Shown one piece after another: positions 28,131 through 42,989 of a stretch of 64,000 nucleotides of DNA (position 1 is its first letter; each line of letters begins with the position of its first letter). A program made the translations under genes and the position numbers. The stretch is taken from assembly GCF_001949145.1 (NCBI RefSeq), contig NW_019091355.1, positions 742,083 to 806,082 on the forward strand, read 5' to 3'. Source of the DNA: Acanthaster planci (Eukaryota). Below the pieces are notes generated by a model. It was not told where the DNA came from, ran no database searches, and saw only the letters and a program-made list of their open reading frames with translations.

Positions 28131-30366
28131 TAACCGTAATATTTATTACTTTGCGCGAAGATATGTGTAGAAATGGTGCGAGTGAGACGAAGGTGGGTTG
28201 TTTTTTTCCAAGAAATTAATTCTCGATAGCTAGATGTGTTTGACATTTTACTGCCGATACACGTCCCTGTGAGTGTGATTGGTGATTGAAATGTGTTTGA
28301 CAGAATGCACGTTTTAATGATTAAACAATGAATCTTAGCATTTACTGCGTTGGCATGGATGGTCAATGTTTACACCCAAAACTATGGGGTCCGACACCGT
28401 CCGACGTCCGACCCCGCTCAATCGTGTCAATGTTGGCAATTATGATTGATGTGTTGATGATGTAGGCGCAGAATTAGGATAAGTGTACGTGATCAATGTA
28501 GGCCTAACCATGTCCATGCTAACGCCGCTAGTAACGGTGGGCTTACTCGTGACATGCATGATAATATTTTATACGATGCCAACCATTACCATGGCATTAA
28601 TGTGCCCAAAATCCGGACACGTTAAATTTAAACGTTGACATTTTGGAAAGGGAAAAGAGTTTCGTATATGGACGCCACTTAACCATGTTGACACCCTGTG
28701 CACAAACCCTTTGAAACTTGTCTGAAAAATTCCAAAGGTGATGTGTGCCTACCCTAACGTGGCGTGACCCCTAACATCACATCTTCATTTTTCGCCTCTC
28801 GTCATGTCTTACCGGAGCAATATTTTTACCTCAGAATCTGAGTCAGATTTCACTATCAGTAAACTTCATCAAACTCCTATTCTGATTCATAAAATCTCAA
28901 TTTTGTGTATCTGCAAATATAGTTCTGATGACATTTTCTGTTCATCAGGAATTTACAAGAATTTATCAACTTAAAAGAATTTTGAAAGTGTTTAGGCCTA
29001 TGTGGGATTTTGTGAGATTTTTTCAAGTGCGTCACATTAGGGAACACTCAGCTGAATTCGAGCTCAATTTCTGCATGCCGACATTTTTGGATTTCGGTTG
29101 AAATTCCAGGTCACTGAAATTGTTCACAAATGTTCAACAACATTTATCATGAGGGTTATAGTACTAGCAATATTTAACCAGATGAGTTGGGAGTTTTTCA
29201 ATGCAAAGGTTTGGCAAATGCTGTGGGAGGAAACTTAAATGAAAGTTAAAATGTGCCATGTTAGGGGACTCTGCTAAAAGCGTTTTCTATGTAGGCCATA
29301 AAACATTTTCCTTTTTCCCTCCAAAATTGAACTTTTCTTGACATGTTTTGGCTTTCTGATGGCTAATAGGTCACTGTAGGGAGTAATTACTGGTGTCTGC
29401 ATATGGAACTCTTTTGTCTTCCATTAGAAAGAGTTCCATAAGCCTTATCGCATATACTGCATGGCTGATTTGGCACAACTGCTGAAAGGCATTGTGGGGA
29501 AGGAAAAGGGGCAATGTTTGCCCCATTTTCCTTCCCATGATGCCTTTTTTTTATACTATTGTTCAAAATCACACTTGCAGTATTAGTGATAAGGCTTATG
29601 CACGGACACCACTTATACTTGACACCCTGTCACCCCTGAGCACAAACCCTATGTACATATAAGAAGGCCTAGACCAATTTTCTGAGTAAATACTCCAATA
29701 TTTCTCCTACAAAATTTGACATTTTAGAACATATGACGTGCATTACCGTATTATTGCCAGGTCCCTCATTATGCCACTTACTGTGAAAACCACTCAGACT
29801 TGGTAATAGGTGGTGAAATTACGGACGAGGCCAAATTAAGGACCTGGCGACTAGACAGTCACGCACGTTTATGTCCATAATCACCATGATCACTTCCCTG
29901 AGAGGCCTAGGCCTATACGACTGTACTATTTATAAAAATTAGTGATGTCTGGAGGCCTATGGAACTCTGACTTGTCAAACCCACATTTTTACTCAACTGC
30001 AAAAATCACTGCAGTGAAGGTTTAGCAAAAACTGCAATGTCCCGACGCATTTTGTTTCATGTATGGAAGGAACTCTCATGTTGGTGAAATGTCTTTGTAC
30101 TTTTTGCCTTTTGCAGTGAAGAAAAAAATGCTAGGGCTTAGGCTTACATTGAGACAAGTCAATAGTGCTTTCACCTCACTGTGACCTCCGGTTGCGAAAA
30201 CTCCCATGTGAACATAAAGTTGTGTCTACCCTGAGAGGCCTAATCCTTTGCTGTTGGCCGAATATACTATCCTCATTTGTGGGAGAAAGTTTTTAGCCCA
30301 GGGATGGGCCTAAACATGTATTAACCCTTCTTTGGTTTTACAGCACAAATGTGCACAAATACCCAC

Positions 30367-30823
30367 NNNNNNNNNNNNNNNNNNNNNNNNNNNNNNNNNN
30401 NNNNNNNNNNNNNNNNNNNNNNNNNNNNNNNNNNNNNNNNNNNNNNNNNNNNNNNNNNNNNNNNNNNNNNNNNNNNNNNNNNNNNNNNNNNNNNNNNNNN
30501 NNNNNNNNNNNNNNNNNNNNNNNNNNNNNNNNNNNNNNNNNNNNNNNNNNNNNNNNNNNNNNNNNNNNNNNNNNNNNNNNNNNNNNNNNNNNNNNNNNNN
30601 NNNNNNNNNNNNNNNNNNNNNNNNNNNNNNNNNNNNNNNNNNNNNNNNNNNNNNNNNNNNNNNNNNNNNNNNNNNNNNNNNNNNNNNNNNNNNNNNNNNN
30701 NNNNNNNNNNNNNNNNNNNNNNNNNNNNNNNNNNNNNNNNNNNNNNNNNNNNNNNNNNNNNNNNNNNNNNNNNNNNNNNNNNNNNNNNNNNNNNNNNNNN
30801 NNNNNNNNNNNNNNNNNNNNNNN
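30367..30823. other. Assembly gap (N run)
   Basis: 457 consecutive N. Confidence 1.
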
Positions 30824-33800
30824 GCCAGAAGAGCTTTAAGTGATTATATTTTGTTATATACATGTACCGCGCACAGTATCGTGTCTCCCGATATTCTGAG
30901 CCTTGACGCCGCCATCGTCATTACTGCCAACTGAAGAGTCTTGGGTATTAGAAGAAGCCTTTTACACAGCCACCTGGGCCCTCCAGGTGAAATGTCAAAG
31001 GTTAAGCTGAACCCTGGATAGCAGATTCTGTGGGGATGCTTCCTCTCTAACAAACTATCCTTGATCAACAGTGTCGGTATTATGCAGAGGCATACATGTA
31101 CGTACGTGTACGTTTCATGTTAATGTCAGAGTACGTTGTGTTCTCCACATCAGTTTATTTGCGCTGTTTCATTATTTTGCACGATCCGCAGATTATATAC
31201 ACTTTTTGGGGAATATGTACTTTGAAAACAAGGTTTGGGTTTTTTTGGCAGCTGCTGTTTTAAAACAAAAAAACAAAAAGTTCACCCAATTTCCTCAATA
31301 AAATCTGCAAGAAAGAAAGAATTAAACAATCTGAAACAAATCTTTTTGTTCCCCAAAATGACTAGTGTAAAATGGCAATCGATTAATATTCTTCATTTTT
31401 TCACTTTGTGAAACCAAAATACATGAATATTGAATCCGAAATACATGACTTTTGTCTTAAAAATCAGACTATGTACCGGTATGTGTAAAGTGCATTTACA
31501 CATACCGGTACTGTAGGCAGTTTTTTTTTAATTTCTGTAATTTTACAACAAACCAACCATAACTCAACCAAAACAAAACTTTTCCTTAAAACAGGAATTA
31601 ATTTAAAAGGAAGTTTGATAATAAATTCTAGATATGATTGTGAAAATTACATGTACAGTGTATGTGTAAAGCATACACTGTGCATTGTACATGTAAGTTA
31701 ACGGCACCATATACATGTGCATTGATGGCCAGACCAGCTGTCCATTGTTTCTGTTTATAGTAACAGAAACTCTTATTTCATTTTCAACAAAACGTATTTT
31801 TCATACGTACATTAACATAAAGCATGGATTGAGGTATCATGTACATGGAAACAAACCTGCAATGCTGTTAACCTGTCATACACGCACATCTGTTGCTCTC
31901 AAACTAACAAAATAATGTGGGTACATTCACATGTAGTCTTATGTATGCAATTAACTTTATTCCTGTTTTGAAATTGAAAACAAAATCCAACACTATTGGT
32001 GCAAAAAGTGCTAGAACACGACGTGCATATTGCCAGTAGGATTCTTGTAAGCATGTTCTAATTGCAAACTTGTCAGGTTTTCATGGGTGTTTGCTTCAAA
32101 TAAATCAAATACTAGAAACAATCCAAAGCTATACACAAACACAAACATGTATCTTGACATGAAAAACTAAATATTGGATTAATTTAAGTGATACAGGTAC
32201 ATGTAGGCCAACATTACATGCACATGTATTAAACCTCAAACCAACGATCCTCTGCTCAAACCAAAACTCATTGACCTTGACCATTAATGTGTATACAAAA
32301 ACACTGTAGGCATTACATGTACGGTATGTACATGTACATTGTACATGTATGTTCAACTTGCCTGCACAAACACCTTTTGCAGTCCAGAACTATAAATCCC
32401 ACCCACCAAAAATGGACTTGTCAGAAAGAGCACATCCGGAGTACCTACATGTACTTAGCTATAATAGCTGATTTTAATCATTCCACAGTGGAACTTAAAA
32501 CACATTTCTCTGTTTATTTTCAGTGCCCAGACACAAGGATAAGATTTGAGACTGGGAAAGCAAATACTGGGCAAGGACATTGTAGACAGCGGGGGTGCAG
32601 CATGGTAAACAAGCAAGGTTAAAGTCTGTCAGCTTTCATCATGGGTCTCCGCTTACTGGTGTGCAAAACCTTAAAGCAGCCTTAGATTTGGAAATTGGAT
32701 CTGCCTGATGGATTTTTCTAGGACACCCAATGGAATAATTGAACATTTTGTGAAGACGGGAGTTCTTTTTTTAAATACTAGAGACAGATGAGTTTCTACC
32801 CGGCCTGTGCCTTGTCACCTAATCATAGCGATGAAAATAATCATATTGCTGAATGTTAAATCATTGATGCTCACAATCCACAAACTTGAAAACAGAACTG
32901 AAGGTCAGTGTTTGTCTGGCCAGTACTGACCATCCCCACTGGGCCCTGTTAATGACCACCACAGCCTTGAAGCTTTGAAGCCCTGCAGGGCAGCTTGAAA
33001 GAAACTGTGGAGAGGTTCAACACCATCTATCTCTCGTCTGTGGGATTTGTACTAGTACTGCAGCAGGTCAGAGTGTGGTTGACGCAAGGTGCTTAAGTGA
33101 ACAGCATTGGATTGCCAGTACGTTCTATGAGTCATAGTTAACTGGAACAAGTTGAAGTACGTGTAATTTAATTTGAGGCCTGCTGCATCACTGAGACTAT
33201 AACATTCCCGAAAGAAGAGCAGTCACAAGGAAGCCCTTTGTCATCAGGTAAGGAGATTGGATCAGTTGTTTAACCTCAAAAAAACTATCTCCCTGCTCCA
33301 AAATTGTTTTGACTGTTTGCAAACATTGGTTTGCCATTTTGTTTTCTCCTGTGCCAAATCTTAGCCAATCCCAAATGTATGGATCTTTCTTTCAGGTTGA
33401 ACTAGAAATCGCCCATAATTGGCACAAAGAGTCTGTACCCAAAATAATAAATCTCAGCATCCAAGGGAGCGGTACATGAACTAGCATTGATCTTTATGTA
33501 CGTGTGTAGGCCTAAATGAAGTATTCTGCAGCATATTAATATAAATTACATGTGCTTTGAATTTTGATGATTTTTATGCATACATGTGTTGAATTTTAAC
33601 AGCAACCTTATGATACGGAAATGTTTGGCAAAAACATGTACACCAATGCCTTTTATACAAATGAACAAAAGAGCGATGTTGTGCTTGGCAGGAACTGTGG
33701 TCAAAGTTGTTTAATTCCAAATAGATGAAGGTTTTGTTTTGCAAAGGTCTGGTTTTTTTTATGCAAGTACATATAGTTTTTCCTTCATGTGTGGAATTGA

Positions 33801-35504
33801 GGTGGGGCATGACATGATCCATGGAGAGAAGCACATGTAAACAGAATTCAGCGTCATGTTTCAGGTCAATTTTATTGGTGCTGAAATGTATCATATGAAC
33901 GTTAAGTTCATAATTGATTCGTCCTAAACTTTTCCAGTACCCTATTCAGCAAGTCCTTTAATTAATATGGTATAACAATAACAGTTTTCTCAGATGGAAG
34001 GAAATGTACACGTGCTTTGCAGATGTAGAGTTCAGTACGTGTACATATACAGTCATTTGTAAAAGATTAGGACAACCCGACCTATACAAAATTCATTAAC
34101 CTGAAGAAAAACCAAACTTTAATTAATCATAGCAACTTCTGTTTGTTTTCTATATGTAACCTTAGTATCTTGGTTAAACAGATATTTGACTGCATTTCCA
34201 TAATTTAAAATGTTGACAGTTTAATACATGTGTGTATTTACCGTAGTGTGCCCTCCTTTATTTCTGATTACTTAGATTGGCTTCGCTACCCATGCTGCCT
34301 TGCAGACAAAATGTCATACATGTATAAGACCAGCCTTTGCAAATAATGCCATTCCAATGAGTACGTAACACCACACTCATGTTATGCACCACAATAAGTA
34401 ATCCTTCAATGAGACTTGTAATGCAGGCCCAGTGACAGAAAGACCAATAAAATTCCAGGTAGTCTTAAACTTTTGCAAGTGACTGTAGATGATGAAAGCA
34501 CGATGAAATAATAATTTCAAAATCCAAAAAGGGTGTCTCACTCTTGTCAGATATTGCAGAGCCAAGGAGCCAAGGATATTCCCACAAAATATGTTTATGT
34601 CTGGGCATGAAATTTGCCAGGTAGGCCCTTGAGCACAAGCACAAAATGTGGGTAGGAAGCATTTCCGTTTGCACATCCTTCAGGAAGCTCAACTTTCAGT
34701 GGCATCCATGGGTAGTATTCAAACCTGTCATTAACTGGAATTCTTGGTAAATGTTGCCAAAAATTGCTTGCCTCTTCAAGTTCAGCTGGTGGACAACTGG
34801 GGCAAACCGCAAAGAGAATCGAGGTCAGAAGAGGTACATGTAATTTGTAAAAACTTCCTGTGACATCACTGGTTATTAAAGTGGAATGAACAGTGCCTTG
34901 CTCTGGTCAAATCTCTGGGAGGCCAAAGAGCCCTCTTGTAGTTCATGTGTAGGACCTATCGTAGAGTTCCTCTCTTGGAATGATGATACATGTGCTGTTA
35001 TGTGTACATGTGTGCAGTAAGATTTTTATGCAGTAGAAAGAGGAAAACTGAAAAGGAAGAGATTGTATGATACTTTTGTTTGCATTCAATGTGCAGGCAA
35101 TTTTACTGTTGGCAACACTTGCTCACTTTTGTGACAACAATTTCCCGAAAAACAAAGTCATTGAAAAAAATGTAGCATTTTTGACTTGGCACATACACTG
35201 TACATATGTTGAGTAGAACAGTGACTATTAAAAGATATTATGAAGGATGAAGCCCTTGTTTCAATGTGCAAAAGGGGCTGTTTATTTACATGTATGCACT
35301 CGCATGTCTTTCGTTTTCCCCTCTCTTTAATTTATGTACCGGTACATGTATGTCCTCTTTGCTCATGGTAGTATTCAGGCTCCAACGTTTGGCAGGATAA
35401 ATGGAGTTTGGTGAAAACATCTGCAAAAATTTACCACTGTAGGACATTTTACATGTTGATGTAACTACAGGTGTATATTCATGTATGTGACTATCCCATA
35501 TGCA

Positions 35505-35690
35505 GCAAGGTATGAGACGGAGAGAACCCCCCCTGCTTTGTGTTGGTCATTTTCTCGCAGGAATCTGGGGAATTCCTTTCAGACATCTTGGGGGGGGATG
35601 TGTTAAGTAACAATAGTCTGGAATGTGTATAGGGATCGGACATGTTGGGGGGGTACCCCTCGGTCTCATTTCTTGCTGGGTATAGACTAT
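35505..35690 (-). mobile_element. MITE-like interspersed repeat, copy 2 (inverted relative to 14890-15080)
   Basis: Its reverse complement aligns with 14890-15080. Inverted termini tgagacggag and ctcggtctca. Confidence 0.7.
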
Positions 35691-38600
35691 CCCGAAGAGT
35701 GATATTCCCTCAGAGTTGACCCTGATCCTCTTCCAAAAAGTGCAAACTCTGTTTTTTTGTCGTTTCCAACCCCCCCCCTACTGCTGATAAAGAATTTGAA
35801 CACAGTTTGTGTTTGCTTATTTCTTGTACATGTACATGCCAAGTGACCTTGTCTAGTTTGGGGCTTTGAAGTTTACTATTGTACCAGTACATTGTTCACA
35901 ACCTGCATACAGTATTTACTCTTTGGATAAAACTTGTATGGACATGTACCTGAGAAGCTGCCTTTATCAGTACTTGACAAATTTTGGTTTCATGAGACCA
36001 TACCACAATTTCCTTGAACCCTAATCCCTAGGGTGTAGGTGTATATGTACATGTACATGTGTAATCTATTCTGAAAGCGGAGGATTGAGGACTGTTAATG
36101 TTAATATAAGTAATGAAATGTGCCGGTGGAGGTCCTAGCACCAGTCCAGTATCGTGCTCAAAGCCAATAGGATAATAAGTTGACAAACTTGTTTAGAACA
36201 TTGGTAATTTTGTTACCTTTTTTTTAGCATAATGCCCACCTTTTTGTTGTATGCCACTGTGTGCTTAAATACTTGTCAGCAAGTGTGCTTGCAAGAAAAC
36301 TTGAACTGCTTCAGTCGAGGTTTACCAATTGACTTTGCAACTCCTGGTGTCTAATGTGATAGTGAAACATCATTTGGGACAGTTGTTTATGGTTGAAACA
36401 GAGTTTATAATTGCTGAAGATTGATATCTCGAAACTGAAAATGCACCCAAACTGTAAATCATTTGTTGTACATGTACGTGTAGCGGTATGTTCAGTGCCT
36501 ACATATCATGTACATGTACAGACATGATGTGCGTGTACACTCAATGCTCGAAGGCTCAAAAAGAAGTTGTTCTCACTTGTACATGTACATGTACTCAAAA
36601 TGGTATCTTTTCTGAAAGGTGCTGCTGCTTGGTACTGTAGATATTTTACAATGTCTTACCATTTAACCCCAGTGCCGGCAATCACACAGAAGGTGAATTT
36701 GTTATTGACTTATATCCTTGAAAAATCATTTCCACATGTTTATTGACAATGCAAATTAAATATGTCAACGTGCAGATGGTGCCTATTATATGACTCACCA
36801 AATTCATGGCGCCTTGCTAATACAAAAGACCTTTGCTAGGAACTACTCCTATGCAAACTAATGACCCATCATGGTGCAGTTGTTAGCTTGATATGCACAG
36901 GTGACATGGGACTCCTGATTTATGATAACCCTACAGTCCATGTGAAATTATTTATGCAGACTTCATGATCTCTCTCATGTATTAACTTAGTCTATAGTAA
37001 ATTTCTGTTATTTTTTCCCAATAATTCAAGTTGCTTAATACATTATTAAGTTGTCCCCATTGCGAGTGATGGGCCATACATTTTTCAGAGTGAGTCATCT
37101 TCCACATTGCCGGGGAGTCTTAATTGAAGCAAGTCTACTGTGTGCATACATGTACAGTGTATATGTACATGTACATACACATGTACATGTGTTTGTACTC
37201 CTTACTGTAAGTAAGAAGATGCCAAAAAACCTACATGCATCCCTTTTATGAATGTTATTTAACACGGAATCGAACAGGTACTTTGAACATATACCAGTAC
37301 GTATGTACTGTACATGTACGTACAATACTATACCTATGCAATCTACGGTACATGTACCGTACATGTATCTGACTACTGTACATGTATGTACTTGGTTGGA
37401 TATTGTCTGATGTGTGTTCATTATTGTTTTGGTGAATAATTATATGTTAGACTTATTGAGGTTATTAACAATCAGTGGTTGACCTTCATTTGCACATGAA
37501 CATTCTAGTAGGCCTACATGTACCGGTATTTACATTGAATTGAATTGCTAATAGAGATTGTTCAGTGTGTATGAGCATAAGTTATGACTGTCAACTACAG
37601 TACATGTACCCGGTTGATTTTGTGAATGACGTTTTCCAGAATTTCTCCCCCCCCCCTTCCAAATTATAGATTTTGATCTGCTCACTGTCTGAATCTTGAC
37701 ACGTTTTGTTTTTGGCTGGGTTTGTTTTGTTTGTAAATTGTACCATTCTTGCGTGTACAGCTGTGTGTGAAGGGATGGTTTTGTATGTGTTCATGTACAG
37801 TATACGTATGGTACCAAGTCGTTTGTAGAGAAATGAATGTGGTTTTCCTGAGCTTATTCTGATATTTGTCTTGCCCAGTGCATTAACCTGCTAATTTTAT
37901 TCCCAATCCCAGTGGTCTGGAAACCTTGTCACTGTGCTCCAGCACTCACCAAGTCTGTTGCCGTTTTGTTTACCATACAATGCACCACACTCTGAAATAA
38001 ACACACGTAAGCCCTCGAGGCTTCCTGGAAAAACTAGCTCTCCAGTATCAGACACTGTCCAAATATTTGATCATAATACAATGACCCATGATGATGGGAG
38101 TTTAGAATCCAACCAGATGCAAAGAACTTGGCGTGTTGACAATCACAGGAATTCCCAGAACGATGATAGACCCTTGTAGTCTTGCACGTGCATAGTGCTT
38201 CATGTATCGTAGGCGCAGACTTAACTCACTCAAGTCTGAGAGCCAATGGAATGACCTCAGGGGTTACTGGAGTACATGTACAATGCACCCCCACAGGCCT
38301 CTGGTTATCTGCATCGGCCGTCGGCCATGAATTGGGGTGTGATTGTGTTGAAACAGAAAGTGCCCCGTGATTGTGTACAGAACATGTTCAGAATTACCCT
38401 GCATTTCCTCCTTCCTATGCATGGTTTTTTTTCACCCATGCTTGTTGACTTCATCGTAACATCGTGGTATAGCACTCGCATTTACTCATGTTGAGCAGAC
38501 ATCTGGAATTCTCATTTCTCATTTCTCATCAACAAAGCCCTACTCATCTAGTGTAGGAAGTAACCCTTCTCATCGATGTACATGTAGCTTCTTTTGGTAT

Positions 38601-41600
38601 TGTTGTCTCTGATGTTCTCATGCACTTGTACATACATGTATGCACACATGTACAATGTACCGTAGGTACAGTACTGATGTGATGAGTGTACAGGTGTTAT
38701 TGACAGTGTACATGTACCGATATGCCATTTCTTCAAGCAGCATGCCCACCCCTTCTCTATGTCAAACAGCGCGTTTACCCTTTGATTTCCTCAACTTGAG
38801 CTTTCTGCATGTACTCGTACACTGTATATATTGGTATACGTATGTACTTCAGTGCAACATATTTCGTCTCTGATACTGTAATTTGTGCTAGGATTGGGAG
38901 TACTGTATGACATCTTTTTGGATATTGGAATTGTGAATGTGGTCCACCTGTGTGCAGAGATTTTTATCACCACATTCATGTTACGTGTAAAACAAGAACT
39001 TGTTTTTGTTAGCCTTTGTGGTGAATCTGGCTCATTTTGTGGCTGGTAATTTTCTCATGCTTTATTATTTTTCAGCAGGTGAGGGCTGCCAGTACTTCTC
39101 CTAGATCAACTTTGATCGTGTACGTTTACCCTGCAGCTCATGCCAGTGATGCGGCCTGTTTTATGTGGAGCAACAAATATCGTGGACCCTAACACTCCCT
39201 TACAGGTACCTGGCTTTTCTCTCATTTTTTGCAAGTATAAACATATAACTGTAGTACATTTAATATGCTTTTTTTCTGTTCTAACTTCAACCTGATCTTC
39301 CATCCTTGTGGAATGTTTGACATGTAGAGGAATTTTGTAAGATTTGAGATGGTAGAACCCAGACTCTCTTTTATAAGGGGCTTGATGCCCCTTGAAAATT
39401 TAGGCAAAAGGGACAATGGAAATTAGAAGATTTAAGATGGGTGCCGGTCCTGTACGTGTGTGGTATACCTGCTTAAAAGGAATTAGGGATCTCTTAATGT
39501 CCTACGAAGTTCTCTTCAGGTAGAACAAGGATAAAAAGAAAATTGGTAATTTCTAATAGCACTGGTCACATTTGCCGCTATTGATTAACACTCTGGAATA
39601 GGAATTGAGCAGTGCATGTAGCGCCAACATGCCAATATACCGCCTACATGTACATTGTACATGTACCCGCTGCTTTATGCCTGCTCTTTGAATGCCAGGG
39701 GGAGGTTTTGCTCTGTCCGTCTTCTGTCTCCACAAGGCTTTTAAAATGTTAAAAATGTTTAACTAATCAGCCGAGACGCACTTGTCACTTTTTATCTGAT
39801 TTTCATTTGGTTGTGGGTGCTGGTTTGAGTCATAATGAACGCTCACTTCCTTATTCTGCCAGGCTGTGCTGAGCGTGTCCTCGATCAAACCGATTCGCTA
39901 GGGATGAGCAATCTGAATAAAAATTGATGACAGTGTAAGAAACGTGGCTGTATGGGTGTTTACACAGTGCACAGGTGCAGATTGAACATGTGACGGGTTT
40001 ATTGATTTGTGCTGAGGAATAGTCACATTAAAATTATTCATGATGCTTGCATGTATGCGAATGCACATTGCCACAGTCAATCGAACAGTTAGGCTAGTCC
40101 TACAATGTAATACCCCCCCTCCTACAGCAACCTCAACATTGGGCAATACACTATGTTGCATTGTTCATAATTTTATTCACAAGTCCAGTCCTTGGACACC
40201 TGCTGTGCAGCTCAAACTTGGTTCAGTATGGTGGTAACATTTATTGTTCCTGTGAAACATTTTTTTCTCCCTGGACTGTACCCTCCCCTACCCTGCATTA
40301 ATTCTGTCTGTGCCAATCAATTGCACTTAAGTTCATCAACCAATTACATGTAGATTAGATTACTCCAAGTCCATATTTGTTGACAGATTTCCTTTCAACA
40401 ACTTGATCTTAATTACTTTTGCTCCACCACATCAGTCAATATTGAGCATTAGTAATTTCCCATTAACACCTGCCCAACACACATGTATTGACTTTGCCAT
40501 TCAAGGTGTTCTGTACACAGTTCTTACTTGGACATACAGTACATATAGTGGTAGTGCTTGTGGTGTGAGTCACTGGTAACTCCAGGCTGCATAGTACATG
40601 TGTGGAGTTCCTAGTCTCCTTCCTTTTGAAATCTTACATGTACCCAGTAGACCCAATGAAAGGACCCAGAACTAGTCTTTCTTCGCTCTCCATGTTAAGT
40701 AAAGAGGCTAAACAACATCCTCTGTAGACAGTGCACACACAGAGATCCCCATATGCCTTAAAAATGACAGGTGTTGCTATAGCAAAAATGTGCCCTTATA
40801 AGGCATTGATTTCACAACAGTTGCCCTACATTCTTTTCACTTGTCTTTTCCTCACTGCTGACCAAAACTGAGCAGTGAGTTCTTTTCAGTTCACCAGGAA
40901 GAGGTAAGTTTACAAGTATCTCTTGGTACTTGCTGTCAGCTAATATCAGTTTCACTTTCATGCATGCACCTGCTACCAGGACCCCTTTTGTGTTACACTT
41001 ACATGTACATGTTTGGCACAGTAAATATTGCTTTAAACCTGACCTTGCTATACCCATATATATCGGTAGGAAAAAGATTATTTGTCTATGTACACGTATA
41101 TGTTTTATCAGAACTAATTTACCAAAAATATGACAACAATCAATGCGTACATGTACCATGGCAAGTATTAGAATAAATAATTCCAGTTGAACTTGAAGGG
41201 AAATCTCTGCATTTTATTATGAAAACAAAAAAACAAACACACTTTGTGACTGGCCGCCTACATGCACTCTTACATGTGACAGAGGTCATATTTTAGTGTC
41301 ATTGACACGATTTATAGATTTAAAAACCAATTTCATTGCAAACACCGCAAGTGAATGGCTTTTGTAAATGTCACATTGTGCATGACTCTGGAACAGCAAG
41401 TCTAGTGAGCTGACATGTAGACTTTGGCTTGTTTGTTTTGCATACGTGATTTTAGTTACATTGTACTGCTGTGTGTTTCAACAATGCTTGAAGCATTGAG
41501 TGTCTGATGTACATTGTAAGATGGAGCTCGTTGTCATGTTACAAGTAGAAAACAGAAAACTCCCCATTTGATCTAAGGAGATTTCCCCAGTTTGTGGAAA

Positions 41601-42989
41601 CAGTTTTCAACTCATCGGTGTGCCGTGAAGGACTGACATTGTGCCATGTTTACACAGAACTCGTGATTGTCATGCAAATCACCCTGTTGTGCATGGTGTA
41701 CATGTACATGTAAGTGCATGCGTTTTCTTTCAGGGATTTACAAAGTTTTGTTGCTGATTTCTTTTTATGTGTCCACATTGGTTCCATTTGGGTCAGCTTA
41801 TAAAATTATGTTTACAAACATGCCAGTTCATTGAACTTTTGAGGCAAATCAGGGTGCTGTTCATGTACATGTACATTACAAAGTGAAATTTCATTGTGCT
41901 TTTTGGGGGATGTACTTTGTAGGGTCAAATCCAGCTGTTGGTCTTGCTCTGTGTCCTTGGGCAAGCTACTTTGCCTCAATTTGCTCCTCTTCACCCAGGA
42001 ACTGGCATTACCCACTACTGTACATGTAGCTTGGGAGCAACCTGATATGGGCTGGCATCCAATCCAGGGGAGAAATGGAAGTACACTCAGTCATTTCATT
42101 AACTGAACCAGAAAAAAATCAATAACCTTATCAGCCATGTGGGTATTTACATTGGCTCAAGACAAGCTTCATTATTTCTTATCCTCTGTGGACATTCTGT
42201 GCATTGCCTAATGGCACTTTCATACCAAGGCCTCAATGTGAATTACCTGTAGGACAACAAAGGACATTTCACATCCATGCACTTGTTACAGTTTATAATT
42301 AACAATTCCATAATGCATGCACTGATATCATTAAATATTTATTATTTATTCAAACTATTACGGCAGCAGGAAGGACTAGTTACAAGGTAGATTATCATAT
42401 TTTGTTTCAGGATATTTAAGGTCAGAAATATGTGTACAGTGTTGACATTTACAATTTCACATGTACCGTGGTGTGTGGGCGAATTTGTTTGCCCTGTTAG
42501 GCAATAAATTGACTTGCATGTACATGTATTATAACCGGCCTTGTGTATCAGGGAGATAGGCCTACATGTACATGAAGTTAACATGTTTGCACTATACAGG
42601 TACTATATATTCAGCGTCTCCCACAATGATCCATGGCATTTTAATTACACCCAAGGTATGTTTTAAAAATTGTGCTGGTGTGAAACTGAGGGTACCATTT
42701 GGCCCAGAGAGTATCATAAACCCCATGGACCATGTTTAGTGTACATGTATGTGCATACATGTACATGTACATGTAACGGTACTTCATGCAATTTTGGGGC
42801 AGCTTAAGGATTCTTGTTTTGTCAAACACTCTTTTGTCTTTTTTCTGAAGGAAACTGATCAAATCTTTTTCCTCATACAATTGTAGGACCTGTTGGTGCC
42901 TGAGGCCTGCCATATTTGTATTTTGGGCATTCTTGAGATTTTTATCCCACATTTTTCCACACACTGTACAATCACATTGTGCCCAGTCC

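Noticed and set aside
30321..30934. Long ORFs in several frames
   Set aside because: Artefacts of the N gap (poly-X translation).
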